Assembly (NCBI GenBank): GCA_963738405.1
Contig: CAVTWJ010000020.1
Coordinates: 1 to 64,000, forward strand
From: a candidate division FCPU426 bacterium
GTDB lineage: Bacteria > Oederibacteriota > Muellerivitia > Muellerivitales > Muellerivitaceae
DNA length: 64,000 nt
Direction of reading: 5' to 3'
The position numbers and the translations under genes were made by a program. How positions within the stretch are numbered: the first letter of the stretch is position 1; each line of letters begins with the position of its first letter. The notes beneath the pieces are model-generated. The model did no database searches. It was not told the DNA's origin and worked only from the letters and a program-made list of their open reading frames with translations. Positions 21,179 through 30,019 of this stretch are shown here, piece by piece.

Positions 21179-22166
21179 GAATGATTGGATTCGTTTAATC
21201 GCTTTGTGTCTGATGCTGGCCGCTTTTCCTCAAGGTTCGGTGTCGGCCAAGACGATCGAAATTGAGGAAAATGTCCAAAACCCAACAACGGCGCCAGCGT
21301 CCTCCGCCCCCTTGACGTTGGCGCCCGTCACAACTTCCTCCACATCGGCGGTTGTTCATGAAACGGCCCCGTTAGCGACCGCTCCGGTTTCGAGCCCGGA
21401 AACGGTCATTGCGGCTTCCGCTACAGGTTCTTCGAACGTGGAGAATGGAGATTTACCCCAAAGCCCAAAGGTGCGGGCACCCCAAGATTTAAGTTTTTAC
21501 TCATTCCTTATGTCAGGCTTTGTGGTTCAAGACGGGGAAAGAGTAGAGGCCTTGGGAAAGGTGGCCGTCCCATCGGATGGTTCCTTGGGCTATGCTCCGC
21601 CTCAAAAGGCCCAGGTTTTGCTCGCAGATACCTCGAAATGCAAGGTTGGCGATATTTGGACGGTTTATCATCTTGAGGAAAATATCCTTGATGAACCTGA
21701 ATTAAATTTTCAGGGATCCTTGGGCGATATTCGAGCGGTAATTCAAGTGGAGGAAATTACTAAGAACTTTGCGACGGTCAATATCATTCAGAGTTTCAGG
21801 CCCTTCGAGCCGGAGGATCAGGTCCGGGACTATGCTCTTGACGTCAAGCGTTGGAAGAGGGCACAGACGAAGAAGCCGCTTCCTTCGGCGGAGATCCGTT
21901 GTTTTGTGGCGGGCGGATCCAGAATAAAAGATTCGTATGACCAGTTGGACACTGTTATTTTAACCGCAGGGACCCGTAAGGGTTTGGTTGAAGGAATGAA
22001 ATTTGATTTGGATCAAAAAACCGATGAGGGCGCGATGGGGGGGGTGCGATTTAATAAGATTGGTACTGCAGAAGTGTTTTATTGCGGAACGACCTATAGC
22101 CTTGCCCGGATTCTTCAGTCGCAGGATGGAATCCAAAAGGGGTTTACGGCCATTTACCGGCCGTGA
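21168..22166 (+). CDS. Secreted protein with an S/T/P-rich linker and two TsaP-C/FlgT-C-like beta domains
   Basis: Signal peptide ending VSA; repeated pattern G..F/W.v......g...V......s.a.I.qS at VGDIWTV..IIQS and VEGMKFDL..ILQS; no LysM domain visible. Confidence 0.5.
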   Translation: MFIKNDWIRLIALCLMLAAFPQGSVSAKTIEIEENVQNPTTAPASSAPLTLAPVTTSSTSAVVHETAPLATAPVSSPETVIAASATGSSNVENGDLPQSPKVRAPQDLSFYSFLMSGFVVQDGERVEALGKVAVPSDGSLGYAPPQKAQVLLADTSKCKVGDIWTVYHLEENILDEPELNFQGSLGDIRAVIQVEEITKNFATVNIIQSFRPFEPEDQVRDYALDVKRWKRAQTKKPLPSAEIRCFVAGGSRIKDSYDQLDTVILTAGTRKGLVEGMKFDLDQKTDEGAMGGVRFNKIGTAEVFYCGTTYSLARILQSQDGIQKGFTAIYRP

Positions 22167-22172
22167 AAAAAA

Positions 22173-23060
22173 TTGTCACCCACTCCATCCACCAACGGGC
22201 CGATACGACTTGGAGCGGAAGAGGATCCTTTTTTTCATGCCGTACTAAGCTATCTGCTTTCGGCGAAGGGTTTTGACGCTTCCCGATACAAGCGAAACTA
22301 TATCAAGCGCCGTATAGCGGTCAGAATGAGGGCCACAGGCTCGGCGACCTACGAAGCCTATGGGAAACTCTTGACCCAAAAAAAAGATGAAGCGGGTTTG
22401 CTTTTGGACCGGCTCACGATTCATGTAACCGAGTTTTTTCGGGATTCCTCGGTGTTTCATGCGTTGAGAGAAAAGGTTTTCTCAAAACCGGCGGGGGAAG
22501 ATCTTTTCCATGTCTGGTCGGCGGGTTGCAGCACCGGTGAAGAAGCCTATTCGGCGGCGATCACTCTTAAAGACTGGGCGCTTCAGCATCCACCCTTTCC
22601 TTTTGAAATTTGGGCTACCGATATCGATCCCCAAAGCGTCAAAACCGCGGAGAAGGCTCAATATTCGGTTAGCGCACTAGCCAAAATGAGCAAAGCCCAC
22701 CAATCACGCTGGTTTTATTTTCATGAGGAAAAGGCATCGGTTGTGGAGGATTTAAAAAAACATGTCTGGTTCCGGACCCATGACCTGTTAGGGGACTGGT
22801 CGGTTGACTTGGCCCGGTTCGATATGATCTTTTGCCGAAACGTCATGATTTATATGACGGCTCCCCAACAGCAGATCCTTTATCAAAAGTTCGCCCAATC
22901 TCTCAAGGTTGGGGGCTTTTTGGTGTTAGGACTCACCGAAACGCTGATGGGCAAGGCCAGGAGTTTTTACAGGTGTGTGGACGTCAGGCACCGTATTTAC
23001 CAAACTCTTTCTGATCCGTCGTCAAAGGACTCGGCTCAAGTGGAGGCACCGATTGGATAA
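22173..23060 (+). CDS. cheR: Chemotaxis methyltransferase
   Basis: VTEFFRD, WSAGCSTGEEAYS, ATDID and IFCRNVMIY motifs. Confidence 0.93.
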   Translation: MSPTPSTNGPIRLGAEEDPFFHAVLSYLLSAKGFDASRYKRNYIKRRIAVRMRATGSATYEAYGKLLTQKKDEAGLLLDRLTIHVTEFFRDSSVFHALREKVFSKPAGEDLFHVWSAGCSTGEEAYSAAITLKDWALQHPPFPFEIWATDIDPQSVKTAEKAQYSVSALAKMSKAHQSRWFYFHEEKASVVEDLKKHVWFRTHDLLGDWSVDLARFDMIFCRNVMIYMTAPQQQILYQKFAQSLKVGGFLVLGLTETLMGKARSFYRCVDVRHRIYQTLSDPSSKDSAQVEAPIG

Positions 23061-24231
23061 AGCGCAAGACCATATCAACCTTGGAACCGCTTTTTCGATT
23101 TCCAAGCGATACGATGACGCGATCGTGGAATTCCGGAAGGCGCTTGAATTAAGCCCCTCCGACGGCGAAATTCTCTTTCAACTGGGTGGCCTTTGCACCA
23201 ATTTGGGCCGGTATGGGGAAGCCCAGGAATACTACCGCCGGGCCCTCCAGATCAATCCGATGAATCTCAATGCCCATTGTAAGTTAGGATTATTATTGGA
23301 GGCGGAGGGGAAGTACCAAGAGGCGGTTCTTGAATTTGAAAAAGCGCTTGAGTTAAACCCTTCGGATGCCGGCCTCTACAACAATTTGGGAAATGTTCTT
23401 GTGAAAATGGGGAACTATTCACAAGCGTTGGATCAATACCGGCGATATATCGGTATCAATCCGAAAAACGCTGAAATTTATTTTAAAATGGGTTTCGCTC
23501 ATGAACAAACCGGGGAATGGGATTCGGCTGTTGAGGATTATACCCTGGCCCTTCAAATCAATCCCCGCCACGCCGCGGTGCACGCCATTTTGGGAAACGC
23601 CCTCTCTAAACGGGGTAAATTTACCGAGGCCTTGGCTTGTTATGAGGAGGCCTTAAGGCTGAATCCCCACGAACCGGAAGTTCATTTCCGGATGGGCGTG
23701 GTTTTGATGAATCTTGGACATTATGACCGCGCCCAAGAAATCCTGGAACAAGCCTTGCAAAAGAATCCGTTAAACGCGGAAGTTTATCTGAAGCTGGGAA
23801 TGATTCACGCCGGAAGGGGCCGCCATGAGGACGCCATCCGGATGTATAAAAAAGTGATGGAAATCAATCCTCATGACGCGAGCGTTCATAACGTGCTGGG
23901 ATACATTTACGACAAGCAGGGGGATTCCCCAAGAGCCATGGAAGAATACCAGGCCGCCAAGGCCTTGAATCCGCACGATCTGTTGATTCTCGACAATCTG
24001 GGGAACCTTCTTTACAAAAGCGGTAAGGTGGATGAGGCCGTGGAGAATTATTCGCAAGTCGTGGCGCTCAATCCTTCCCACGGGGACGCCCACGCGAAGC
24101 TCGGGAACCTGTATCTCAAAAAGGGCGAGAAGGCCCTCGCCATTGCCCATTGGGAAAAGGCCTTGGCTTTGGAACCGCAAAACGAGATCTTGAAAAACAA
24201 CCTGAAATTTTTCAAGGAAAACGCCCAGTGA
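23053..24231 (+). CDS. All-TPR cytoplasmic protein (about 11 repeats)
   Basis: Continuous 34-aa repeats (AL.INP...LG); TTG start after GGAGG, overlapping the cheR stop. Confidence 0.9.
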   Translation: MDKAQDHINLGTAFSISKRYDDAIVEFRKALELSPSDGEILFQLGGLCTNLGRYGEAQEYYRRALQINPMNLNAHCKLGLLLEAEGKYQEAVLEFEKALELNPSDAGLYNNLGNVLVKMGNYSQALDQYRRYIGINPKNAEIYFKMGFAHEQTGEWDSAVEDYTLALQINPRHAAVHAILGNALSKRGKFTEALACYEEALRLNPHEPEVHFRMGVVLMNLGHYDRAQEILEQALQKNPLNAEVYLKLGMIHAGRGRHEDAIRMYKKVMEINPHDASVHNVLGYIYDKQGDSPRAMEEYQAAKALNPHDLLILDNLGNLLYKSGKVDEAVENYSQVVALNPSHGDAHAKLGNLYLKKGEKALAIAHWEKALALEPQNEILKNNLKFFKENAQ

Positions 24232-24866
24232 TTTCTCAACGCCAGGAAAAATCACTCGGTGAACTGCTTCGGCAGGCGGGAAAAATCACCTCCCGGCAAA
24301 TTCAGGTGGCGTTGGCGGAACAGCGAAAGAGCCATGAGCCCATCGGGAAAGTTTTGGTGCGCTTAGGGTTTGTGGAAGAAAGAGACATCCTCCAGGTTTT
24401 ACAGGGGCTTTCCGCCTTGACTTTTGTTTTAGGTCGGGAACTTTTCGGGGTTGAAACCTTCCGTGCCCGTGAAGTGATGAAATACAGCCCCTACAAATCC
24501 TCGGAAGCTCCCGGGAGCTGGGTTGGCAGCTGTCTTTTGCGTTCGAGGGAACTTCCATTGTTGTCTCTGAGGCGGGTTCTGGGGATGGAGGACCCTGTTC
24601 AGCCGACCTCCACTTGGTATATTGTTTTGGAGGTCAGGGGTCTGCCTTTCCTACTGTGGGTTGACGCAGTGAAGGAAGTGACCCGGTTTAAGGTGGATCA
24701 AATCGAGTCCCCGCCGACCTATCTCTTTGGAAAAAAGTCCGATTTATTTTATTGTTTGGGTAAAATAAAGGATGATTTGTACTCTATTTTGAATCCCGAA
24801 AAACTGCTCGAAGAGGGGCCTCTTCCTCCCTCTTTCCCAAGAGGAAACCATGCCGACCCGCCCTGA
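24228..24866 (+). CDS. MshEN-like N-terminal domain fused to a CheW domain
   Basis: SLGELLRQAGKITSRQIQVALAEQ..PIGKVLVRLGFV, then FGVETFRAREV, LRSRELPLLSLRRVLG, WVDAVKEV and ILNPEKLL; GTG start overlaps the upstream stop. Confidence 0.8.
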   Translation: MISQRQEKSLGELLRQAGKITSRQIQVALAEQRKSHEPIGKVLVRLGFVEERDILQVLQGLSALTFVLGRELFGVETFRAREVMKYSPYKSSEAPGSWVGSCLLRSRELPLLSLRRVLGMEDPVQPTSTWYIVLEVRGLPFLLWVDAVKEVTRFKVDQIESPPTYLFGKKSDLFYCLGKIKDDLYSILNPEKLLEEGPLPPSFPRGNHADPP

Positions 24867-27060
24867 TATCAAAACTATCCGCGAAATGGCCAATGGGTCA
24901 GACCAGGGGGATGCCTCCACCCATAACAATTTGGGCGTTTTTTATTATTCCAAGGGCATGTCCGCGGAGGCTTTGAAAGAGTTTCGCACCGCCCTGGAGG
25001 TGGATCCCGAAAACAATCAAGCTCTTGAGAATTTAAAGGCGGTCAACCGCCAGACGGGTCTTTATGACAGGACCCTGGAAGCCTTTAAAAAATCAGTCCA
25101 GATGTTCCCGTCCGACGCCGAGGCGGTTTATAACTTGGCCAACGCCTACCGCTATACGGGCCAGTTTGACAAGGCTGTGGAGGAATACCGTAAAACCCTG
25201 GAGCTCAACCCGGAGCATCCCTTCGCGCGAAATTATCTGGGCATTTGTTTCAAATGCTTGGGTTTGTTGGACGACGCGGTAAGGGAATTTAAGAAAGCCA
25301 TTGAAGCCAATCCCTATTTCGCTGATTTGCACAATAATTTAGGCGAGGTTTATTACAAGAAGGCCATGATCAATGAGGCCTTGATCGAATTTAAAAAGGC
25401 CGTCTCTCTGAGTCCCGAATATCCGGGGGCCCATTACAACCTAAGTTTTGTTTACGGCGATAAGAACATGCTGGAGGAAGCGGAAAGGGAATTCAAAAGG
25501 GCGGTGGACCTGAACCCCAATTTCGGACAGGGCGCCCAGGCCCTTTTATCCATCGAGCGGCCCAAGACCATGGAAGAAAGGGTGGCGGAACAGGTGGCGG
25601 CCCAACCCTCTGTTTCCTCGATCGAAACCTACCTCAGCTTGGCGGCCGCCTATCGAGGCAAAGGTCTTTTGGACGAGGCAATCCGGGAATACAAAAGGGC
25701 CATCGAGATAAACCCCCGCGAAGAAAAGCTTTACCGCTCTATGGGGGAGATTCTTTTACAAAAGGGGCTGTTGGAAGACGCCCTTCAAGCCTTTCAAAGA
25801 GCCGTATCCCTGGCGCCGGATAACGTCGATAACCACATTCAATGCGGTGTCGCCTTACGGGAACTCAATCGGAACGAAGAGGCCGCCTTTGAATTCCAAA
25901 AAGCCGTTGAGATCATGCCGGGTTCCAGCATGGCTCATTTTGAAATGGGCGTCACCTATTTCAAAATGGGGGAAAGCGAAAGAGCGACCCGCGAGGTAAG
26001 GGGCGCCTTGGAATTGGACCCTCAAAACGCCGAGGCTCATTATTACCTGGGCGTTTATTACTATAAGGTCAACCTGTTCGATGAGGCCATCCGTGAGATT
26101 ACTCTGGCCATGGAGCAGAACGTTTCGATCGCCTCCAGCGCGGAAGCCCTGACTTATTTGGGGCTGGCTCTGGCCGACAAGGGGCGCTTCGATGAGGCGA
26201 TCGCCGAGTATAAGAAAGCTTTGGAGTTCGACCCTAAAAACCCCATCATCCATAATTCCTTGGGAGTGGCTTACAAGAACGCGGGCCAGATGCCCGATGC
26301 CATCCGCTGTTACCAGCGCGCGATTGCCTTGAATCCGCGTTATGCCAAGGCCTACAACAACTTGGGCGTGGTTTACTTCAAACAAAGTCAGTATGAAAAG
26401 GCCATTGAAGGGTTCCAAAAGGCTGTCGAGATTGAGCCGGATTATAAGACCGCCCAAAATAATTTGACGGTCGCCCTTAAAAAGAAAAACGTTCTAACGG
26501 AGGCCTCCGAGGTCCTCATTAAGCAGATTATGGCAGAACCCGAGAATGCCGGGTTGCACCAGAATTTAGGGATTCTTTACAAAAACACAGGCCAATACCC
26601 GGAGGCCGTGCGGGAGTTTACCGAAACCATCCGGATTTCCCCTAAAAACCGGGACGCATTGACTCATCTTGGGGAAACCCATCTGCTTTTAGGACAGATG
26701 GATGATGCGGTTAAAATCCTGGCCAAGGCCGTCGCCTGCGATCCATCCCATCCCGACGCCCACCTTCAGCTGGGCAAGGTTTATATCCGCCGAGGATGGT
26801 GGGACGAGGCGCAAGTCGAAATGAAAAAAGCCCAAGAACTCAAACCCGATCTTTCTGAGATCCATTTCCACTTAGGACAAATTTACCGGTCCAAAAGCTG
26901 GTGGGATGAGGCCCTTAAAGAGTTTCAACTTTATCTGGATACCCCGACCCCGGATGAAGAAAAGGGAGCTCAAGCGATCGATTGGATACGCCAAATTCAG
27001 GTTTGGAAAGCGGAACTTCAGATTTCGCCTTCGGCCGGCCGCTCCAAGCTGATTAAATGA
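24850..27060 (+). CDS. Large all-TPR protein (roughly 19-20 repeats)
   Basis: Repeated HNNLG..Y...G..DEA..EFK.A..LNP units; no signal peptide. Confidence 0.92.
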   Translation: MPTRPDIKTIREMANGSDQGDASTHNNLGVFYYSKGMSAEALKEFRTALEVDPENNQALENLKAVNRQTGLYDRTLEAFKKSVQMFPSDAEAVYNLANAYRYTGQFDKAVEEYRKTLELNPEHPFARNYLGICFKCLGLLDDAVREFKKAIEANPYFADLHNNLGEVYYKKAMINEALIEFKKAVSLSPEYPGAHYNLSFVYGDKNMLEEAEREFKRAVDLNPNFGQGAQALLSIERPKTMEERVAEQVAAQPSVSSIETYLSLAAAYRGKGLLDEAIREYKRAIEINPREEKLYRSMGEILLQKGLLEDALQAFQRAVSLAPDNVDNHIQCGVALRELNRNEEAAFEFQKAVEIMPGSSMAHFEMGVTYFKMGESERATREVRGALELDPQNAEAHYYLGVYYYKVNLFDEAIREITLAMEQNVSIASSAEALTYLGLALADKGRFDEAIAEYKKALEFDPKNPIIHNSLGVAYKNAGQMPDAIRCYQRAIALNPRYAKAYNNLGVVYFKQSQYEKAIEGFQKAVEIEPDYKTAQNNLTVALKKKNVLTEASEVLIKQIMAEPENAGLHQNLGILYKNTGQYPEAVREFTETIRISPKNRDALTHLGETHLLLGQMDDAVKILAKAVACDPSHPDAHLQLGKVYIRRGWWDEAQVEMKKAQELKPDLSEIHFHLGQIYRSKSWWDEALKEFQLYLDTPTPDEEKGAQAIDWIRQIQVWKAELQISPSAGRSKLIK

Positions 27061-27070
27061 CAGGAAAAAT

Positions 27071-27409
27071 ATGAAACTTCTCTTATGTATGTTCTCGACG
27101 AAAAAACTGGAACCCGTTAAAAAGGCCCTTTGGGAAGCGGGGGTCCGGGGTGTGACCCTATCCGACGGCTCGGGATACGGCTACCAGAGGGTCCAGGTGG
27201 AATCCGTGCAAGGGGCGGATTATAAGGTACAATACCAGGACCGTTTGAGGCTTGAGATTGTCCTTCCCGACAATGAGGTTGAGAGGGTGGTGGATATTCT
27301 CTTAGAGGTTATACGAACGGGCCGTATTGGAGACGGAAAAATATTCGTCCTACCGGTGGATGAGGCGATTCGGATCCGGACGGGCGAACGGGGCGAGAAT
27401 GCCCTTTAA
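27071..27409 (+). CDS. Divergent P-II family signal transduction protein (GlnB/GlnK-like)
   Basis: 112 aa; G35-Y-G37-Y-Q39, Y51, TGRIGDGKIFV and RIRTGE align without gaps to canonical GlnB. Confidence 0.93.
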   Translation: MKLLLCMFSTKKLEPVKKALWEAGVRGVTLSDGSGYGYQRVQVESVQGADYKVQYQDRLRLEIVLPDNEVERVVDILLEVIRTGRIGDGKIFVLPVDEAIRIRTGERGENAL

Positions 27410-27512
27410 GATTTCGAGACACAACTATTTTGACGCCCCACATATTTCGGCGTCGTTTTTAACGGGGTTCAAAGTTGTGAGGGGATGAAATAGACCTAAA
27501 TAGGAGGTTTTT

Positions 27513-27875
27513 GTGGCTCAGAAAATTCTTTTGGTCGATGACGCTTCCTTCATGCGCATGATGCTTAAAAACATCCTGGCGGGGGCGGGCTACGAAGTGG
27601 CGGGGGAAGCGGAAAACGGAGCCAAAGCTATCGAACAATACAAAACCCTTAAACCGGATCTGGTCATCATGGATATCATCATGCCCGAAATGGGCGGCAT
27701 CGACGCGGTGAGGGAAATCGTTAAGGCCAATCCCGGGGCCAAAATTCTGATGTGCAGCTCCATGGGACAGCAATCCCTGGTGGTGGAAGCCATTCAGGCC
27801 GGCGCCAAGGATTTCATCGTCAAGCCCTTCCAGCCTTCCAATGTGTTGGAAGCCGTGAAAAAGGTTCTCGGTTAG
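27513..27875 (+). CDS. cheY: Chemotaxis response regulator
   Basis: VDD, MDIIMP (phospho-Asp), SSMGQ and FIVKPF; Bacillus/Thermotoga-type CheY. Confidence 0.93.
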   Translation: MAQKILLVDDASFMRMMLKNILAGAGYEVAGEAENGAKAIEQYKTLKPDLVIMDIIMPEMGGIDAVREIVKANPGAKILMCSSMGQQSLVVEAIQAGAKDFIVKPFQPSNVLEAVKKVLG

Positions 27876-27964
27876 GTTCCGGCGTTGTTTTTGACCTTCT
27901 AAGCCGAAGGGTTCGAACAAAGGCGCAAAAGGGTTCTTGGGCCGTGTGAAAGGGAATATCCTCC

Positions 27965-28600
27965 GTGGAATCAAGCTCCCCATCCTTTTCTGAGTTTCAA
28001 TTGGACGCCCTGCGTGAAGTCGGGAATGTGGGAGCCGGCCACGCGGCCACGGCCCTTTCCCAAATGGTGGGGCGCCCCATCGGCATGTCCATCACACAAG
28101 TCATGATCCTTCCCACGGACCAGATCGCGGGTTTTTTGGGCGGGGAAAAGGCCGATGTGGCGGCTGTTTATATGCCGGTCTACGGGGACCTATGCGGTGT
28201 GGTCTTAATTTTTTTTCCATTGGATCTCCTTCCTGATTTGGCCGGGCTGCTCTTGAAAAGGGACCCCCAATCACCCGAATTGTCTGAAATGGACCACTCG
28301 GCCATCAAAGAACTGGGGAGCATCCTCACCGGGTCTTATTTGAGTGCCCTTTACCGTTTCATCCATGTCCAAATGATTCACGGCGTACCAACCCTGGTCG
28401 TGGATATGGCCCAGGCCATTTTGGACACCGTTTTTGTGGATCTGGAACAAAAAGATGACATGGCCATCGTGATTGAATCCAGCTTGACGGAGAACGAACG
28501 AAAGTTAACGGGCAGGTTTTTTCTTCTTCCCGAGGCCGGAACCCTGCCGAAACTTTTTAAGGCCTTTACCCAGTCAATTGAAATGTCGGGCAATGCCTGA
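27965..28600 (+). CDS. cheC: CheY-P phosphatase CheC
   Basis: DALREVGNVGAGHAATALS; the second site reads SAIKELGS. Confidence 0.92.
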   Translation: MESSSPSFSEFQLDALREVGNVGAGHAATALSQMVGRPIGMSITQVMILPTDQIAGFLGGEKADVAAVYMPVYGDLCGVVLIFFPLDLLPDLAGLLLKRDPQSPELSEMDHSAIKELGSILTGSYLSALYRFIHVQMIHGVPTLVVDMAQAILDTVFVDLEQKDDMAIVIESSLTENERKLTGRFFLLPEAGTLPKLFKAFTQSIEMSGNA

Positions 28601-29078
28601 GTCGGAATGGCCTGTCGGAATCGCAGAAATCAAAACCGCCCGGAGTCCCGATCGGCTCTCGGCCATCGGTCTTGGGTCTTGCGTGGGGGTGGCGGTCTGG
28701 GATGGTGAATCCGGTTGGGGTGCCCTGGCCCATGTGATGCTGCCGGCTCAAAATGGACTCTCCAGTGTTCCCGTTCGCGGTAAGTTTGCCGATACCGCCG
28801 TCGAGTGGTTATTGGCCGAATTAGTCCAAAGGGGGGCTGATTTGGGAAGGTTGAAAGCCAAACTGGTGGGAGGGGCGAATATGTTTAACTCGATTCATCA
28901 TAACCCCCTGCCGGTAGGATTGCGCAATGTCATGGCCTGCCGGGAGGAATTGTCCCAAAGGGGAATTCCCATTGTGGCGGAGGATATCGGGGGGAGCAAG
29001 GGCCGTTCCATCCTGTTTCATCCGGAAGACGGACGAATCTTGATTCGTTCACTGAAACAGCCCGAAAGGTGGATCTAA
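28593..29078 (+). CDS. cheD: Chemoreceptor glutamine deamidase
   Basis: GLGSCVGV, AHVMLP, KFADTA, KLVGGANMF and EDIGG..GR motifs. Confidence 0.94.
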   Translation: MPESEWPVGIAEIKTARSPDRLSAIGLGSCVGVAVWDGESGWGALAHVMLPAQNGLSSVPVRGKFADTAVEWLLAELVQRGADLGRLKAKLVGGANMFNSIHHNPLPVGLRNVMACREELSQRGIPIVAEDIGGSKGRSILFHPEDGRILIRSLKQPERWI

Positions 29079-29079
29079 C

Positions 29080-29652
29080 ATGACGGCCGAGGAGCCTCCC
29101 GCCGGGAATCCCGTTATGACCCCGTCTTTCGGGGCTGGCGAAGGCCTGGAAATTCCCGGCGACACCCCCGCTCCGGAGGATCCGCAGGCCCAACTGATCA
29201 TTTTTACGCTGGCGGGCTGCTCTTTTGGCATCGCCATCCGGCAAGTGCGTGAGATTTTGAGGCTGACCAACATTACCCGAATGCCCAAGGCGCCTTCCTT
29301 TTTGGAGGGGATCATCCACCTTCGGGGCCGTATTACCCCCGTGCTGGATCCCAAAAAAAGGCTTGGATTGCCCCTGACGGACCGCACGGGGGACAGCCGG
29401 ATTTTAGTGGTGGAATGGAAAGAGTTGATGCTGGGGCTGTTGGTGGACCGGGTCGTGGAGACCCTCAAGATTTACCGTTCTGAACTCAAATCCGTTCCTC
29501 CTGAGGGTGGACTGGGCGTGGACCCCTCTTTTTTTTCGGGCCTTTGGGAAGGGCCCTCTCGCGAGGTGCTGTTGTTGAGCTTGGAAAACCTCATCCGGCT
29601 GGAAGAACCCAATTCGGAGCCAGGCTTTCGGCCTGGTTCCCAGGAGGAATAA
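29080..29652 (+). CDS. cheW: CheW adaptor
   Basis: FGIAIRQVREI, P.APSFLEGIIHLRGRITPVLD and GLLVDRV motifs. Confidence 0.92.
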   Translation: MTAEEPPAGNPVMTPSFGAGEGLEIPGDTPAPEDPQAQLIIFTLAGCSFGIAIRQVREILRLTNITRMPKAPSFLEGIIHLRGRITPVLDPKKRLGLPLTDRTGDSRILVVEWKELMLGLLVDRVVETLKIYRSELKSVPPEGGLGVDPSFFSGLWEGPSREVLLLSLENLIRLEEPNSEPGFRPGSQEE

Positions 29653-29655
29653 GCC

Positions 29656-30018
29656 TTGGCGATCAAAGTTTTGTTCGCGGACGATTCATCTTTTATGCGG
29701 GGAATATTAAAAGGCATTATCTTAAAAGACCCTTACGTTCTCGCGGGGGAAGCGGAAAACGGCAAGCAAGCGGTGGAACAATTCCAGGCCTTGAAACCCG
29801 ACCTGGTCACCATGGACATCGTAATGCCTGAAATGGACGGCATCGAAGCGGTTAAGAAAATCCGAGAAATAAATCCTTCCGCCCGAATCATCATGGTATC
29901 GGCCATGGGCCAACAGGCCATGGTCATTGAGGCCATCCAGGCAGGCGCCAGGGATTTTATTATCAAGCCTTTCCAGCCGCCTCGGGTTCACGAATCCTTA
30001 AAAAGGGTCATGGGGTAG
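29656..30018 (+). CDS. cheY: Second CheY response regulator
   Basis: ADD, MDIVMP, SAMGQ and FIIKPF; close paralog of the first cheY. Confidence 0.92.
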   Translation: MAIKVLFADDSSFMRGILKGIILKDPYVLAGEAENGKQAVEQFQALKPDLVTMDIVMPEMDGIEAVKKIREINPSARIIMVSAMGQQAMVIEAIQAGARDFIIKPFQPPRVHESLKRVMG

Positions 30019-30019
30019 C

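Noticed and set aside
22975..24227. ORF-track starts at 22975 and 24150
   Set aside because: Long overlaps with upstream genes; SD-preceded starts at 23053 and 24228 fit better
27432..27460. Terminator between the P-II gene and cheY (GACGCC..GGCGTC-GTTTTT)
   Set aside because: Only a 6-bp stem with an 11-nt loop; too weak to call
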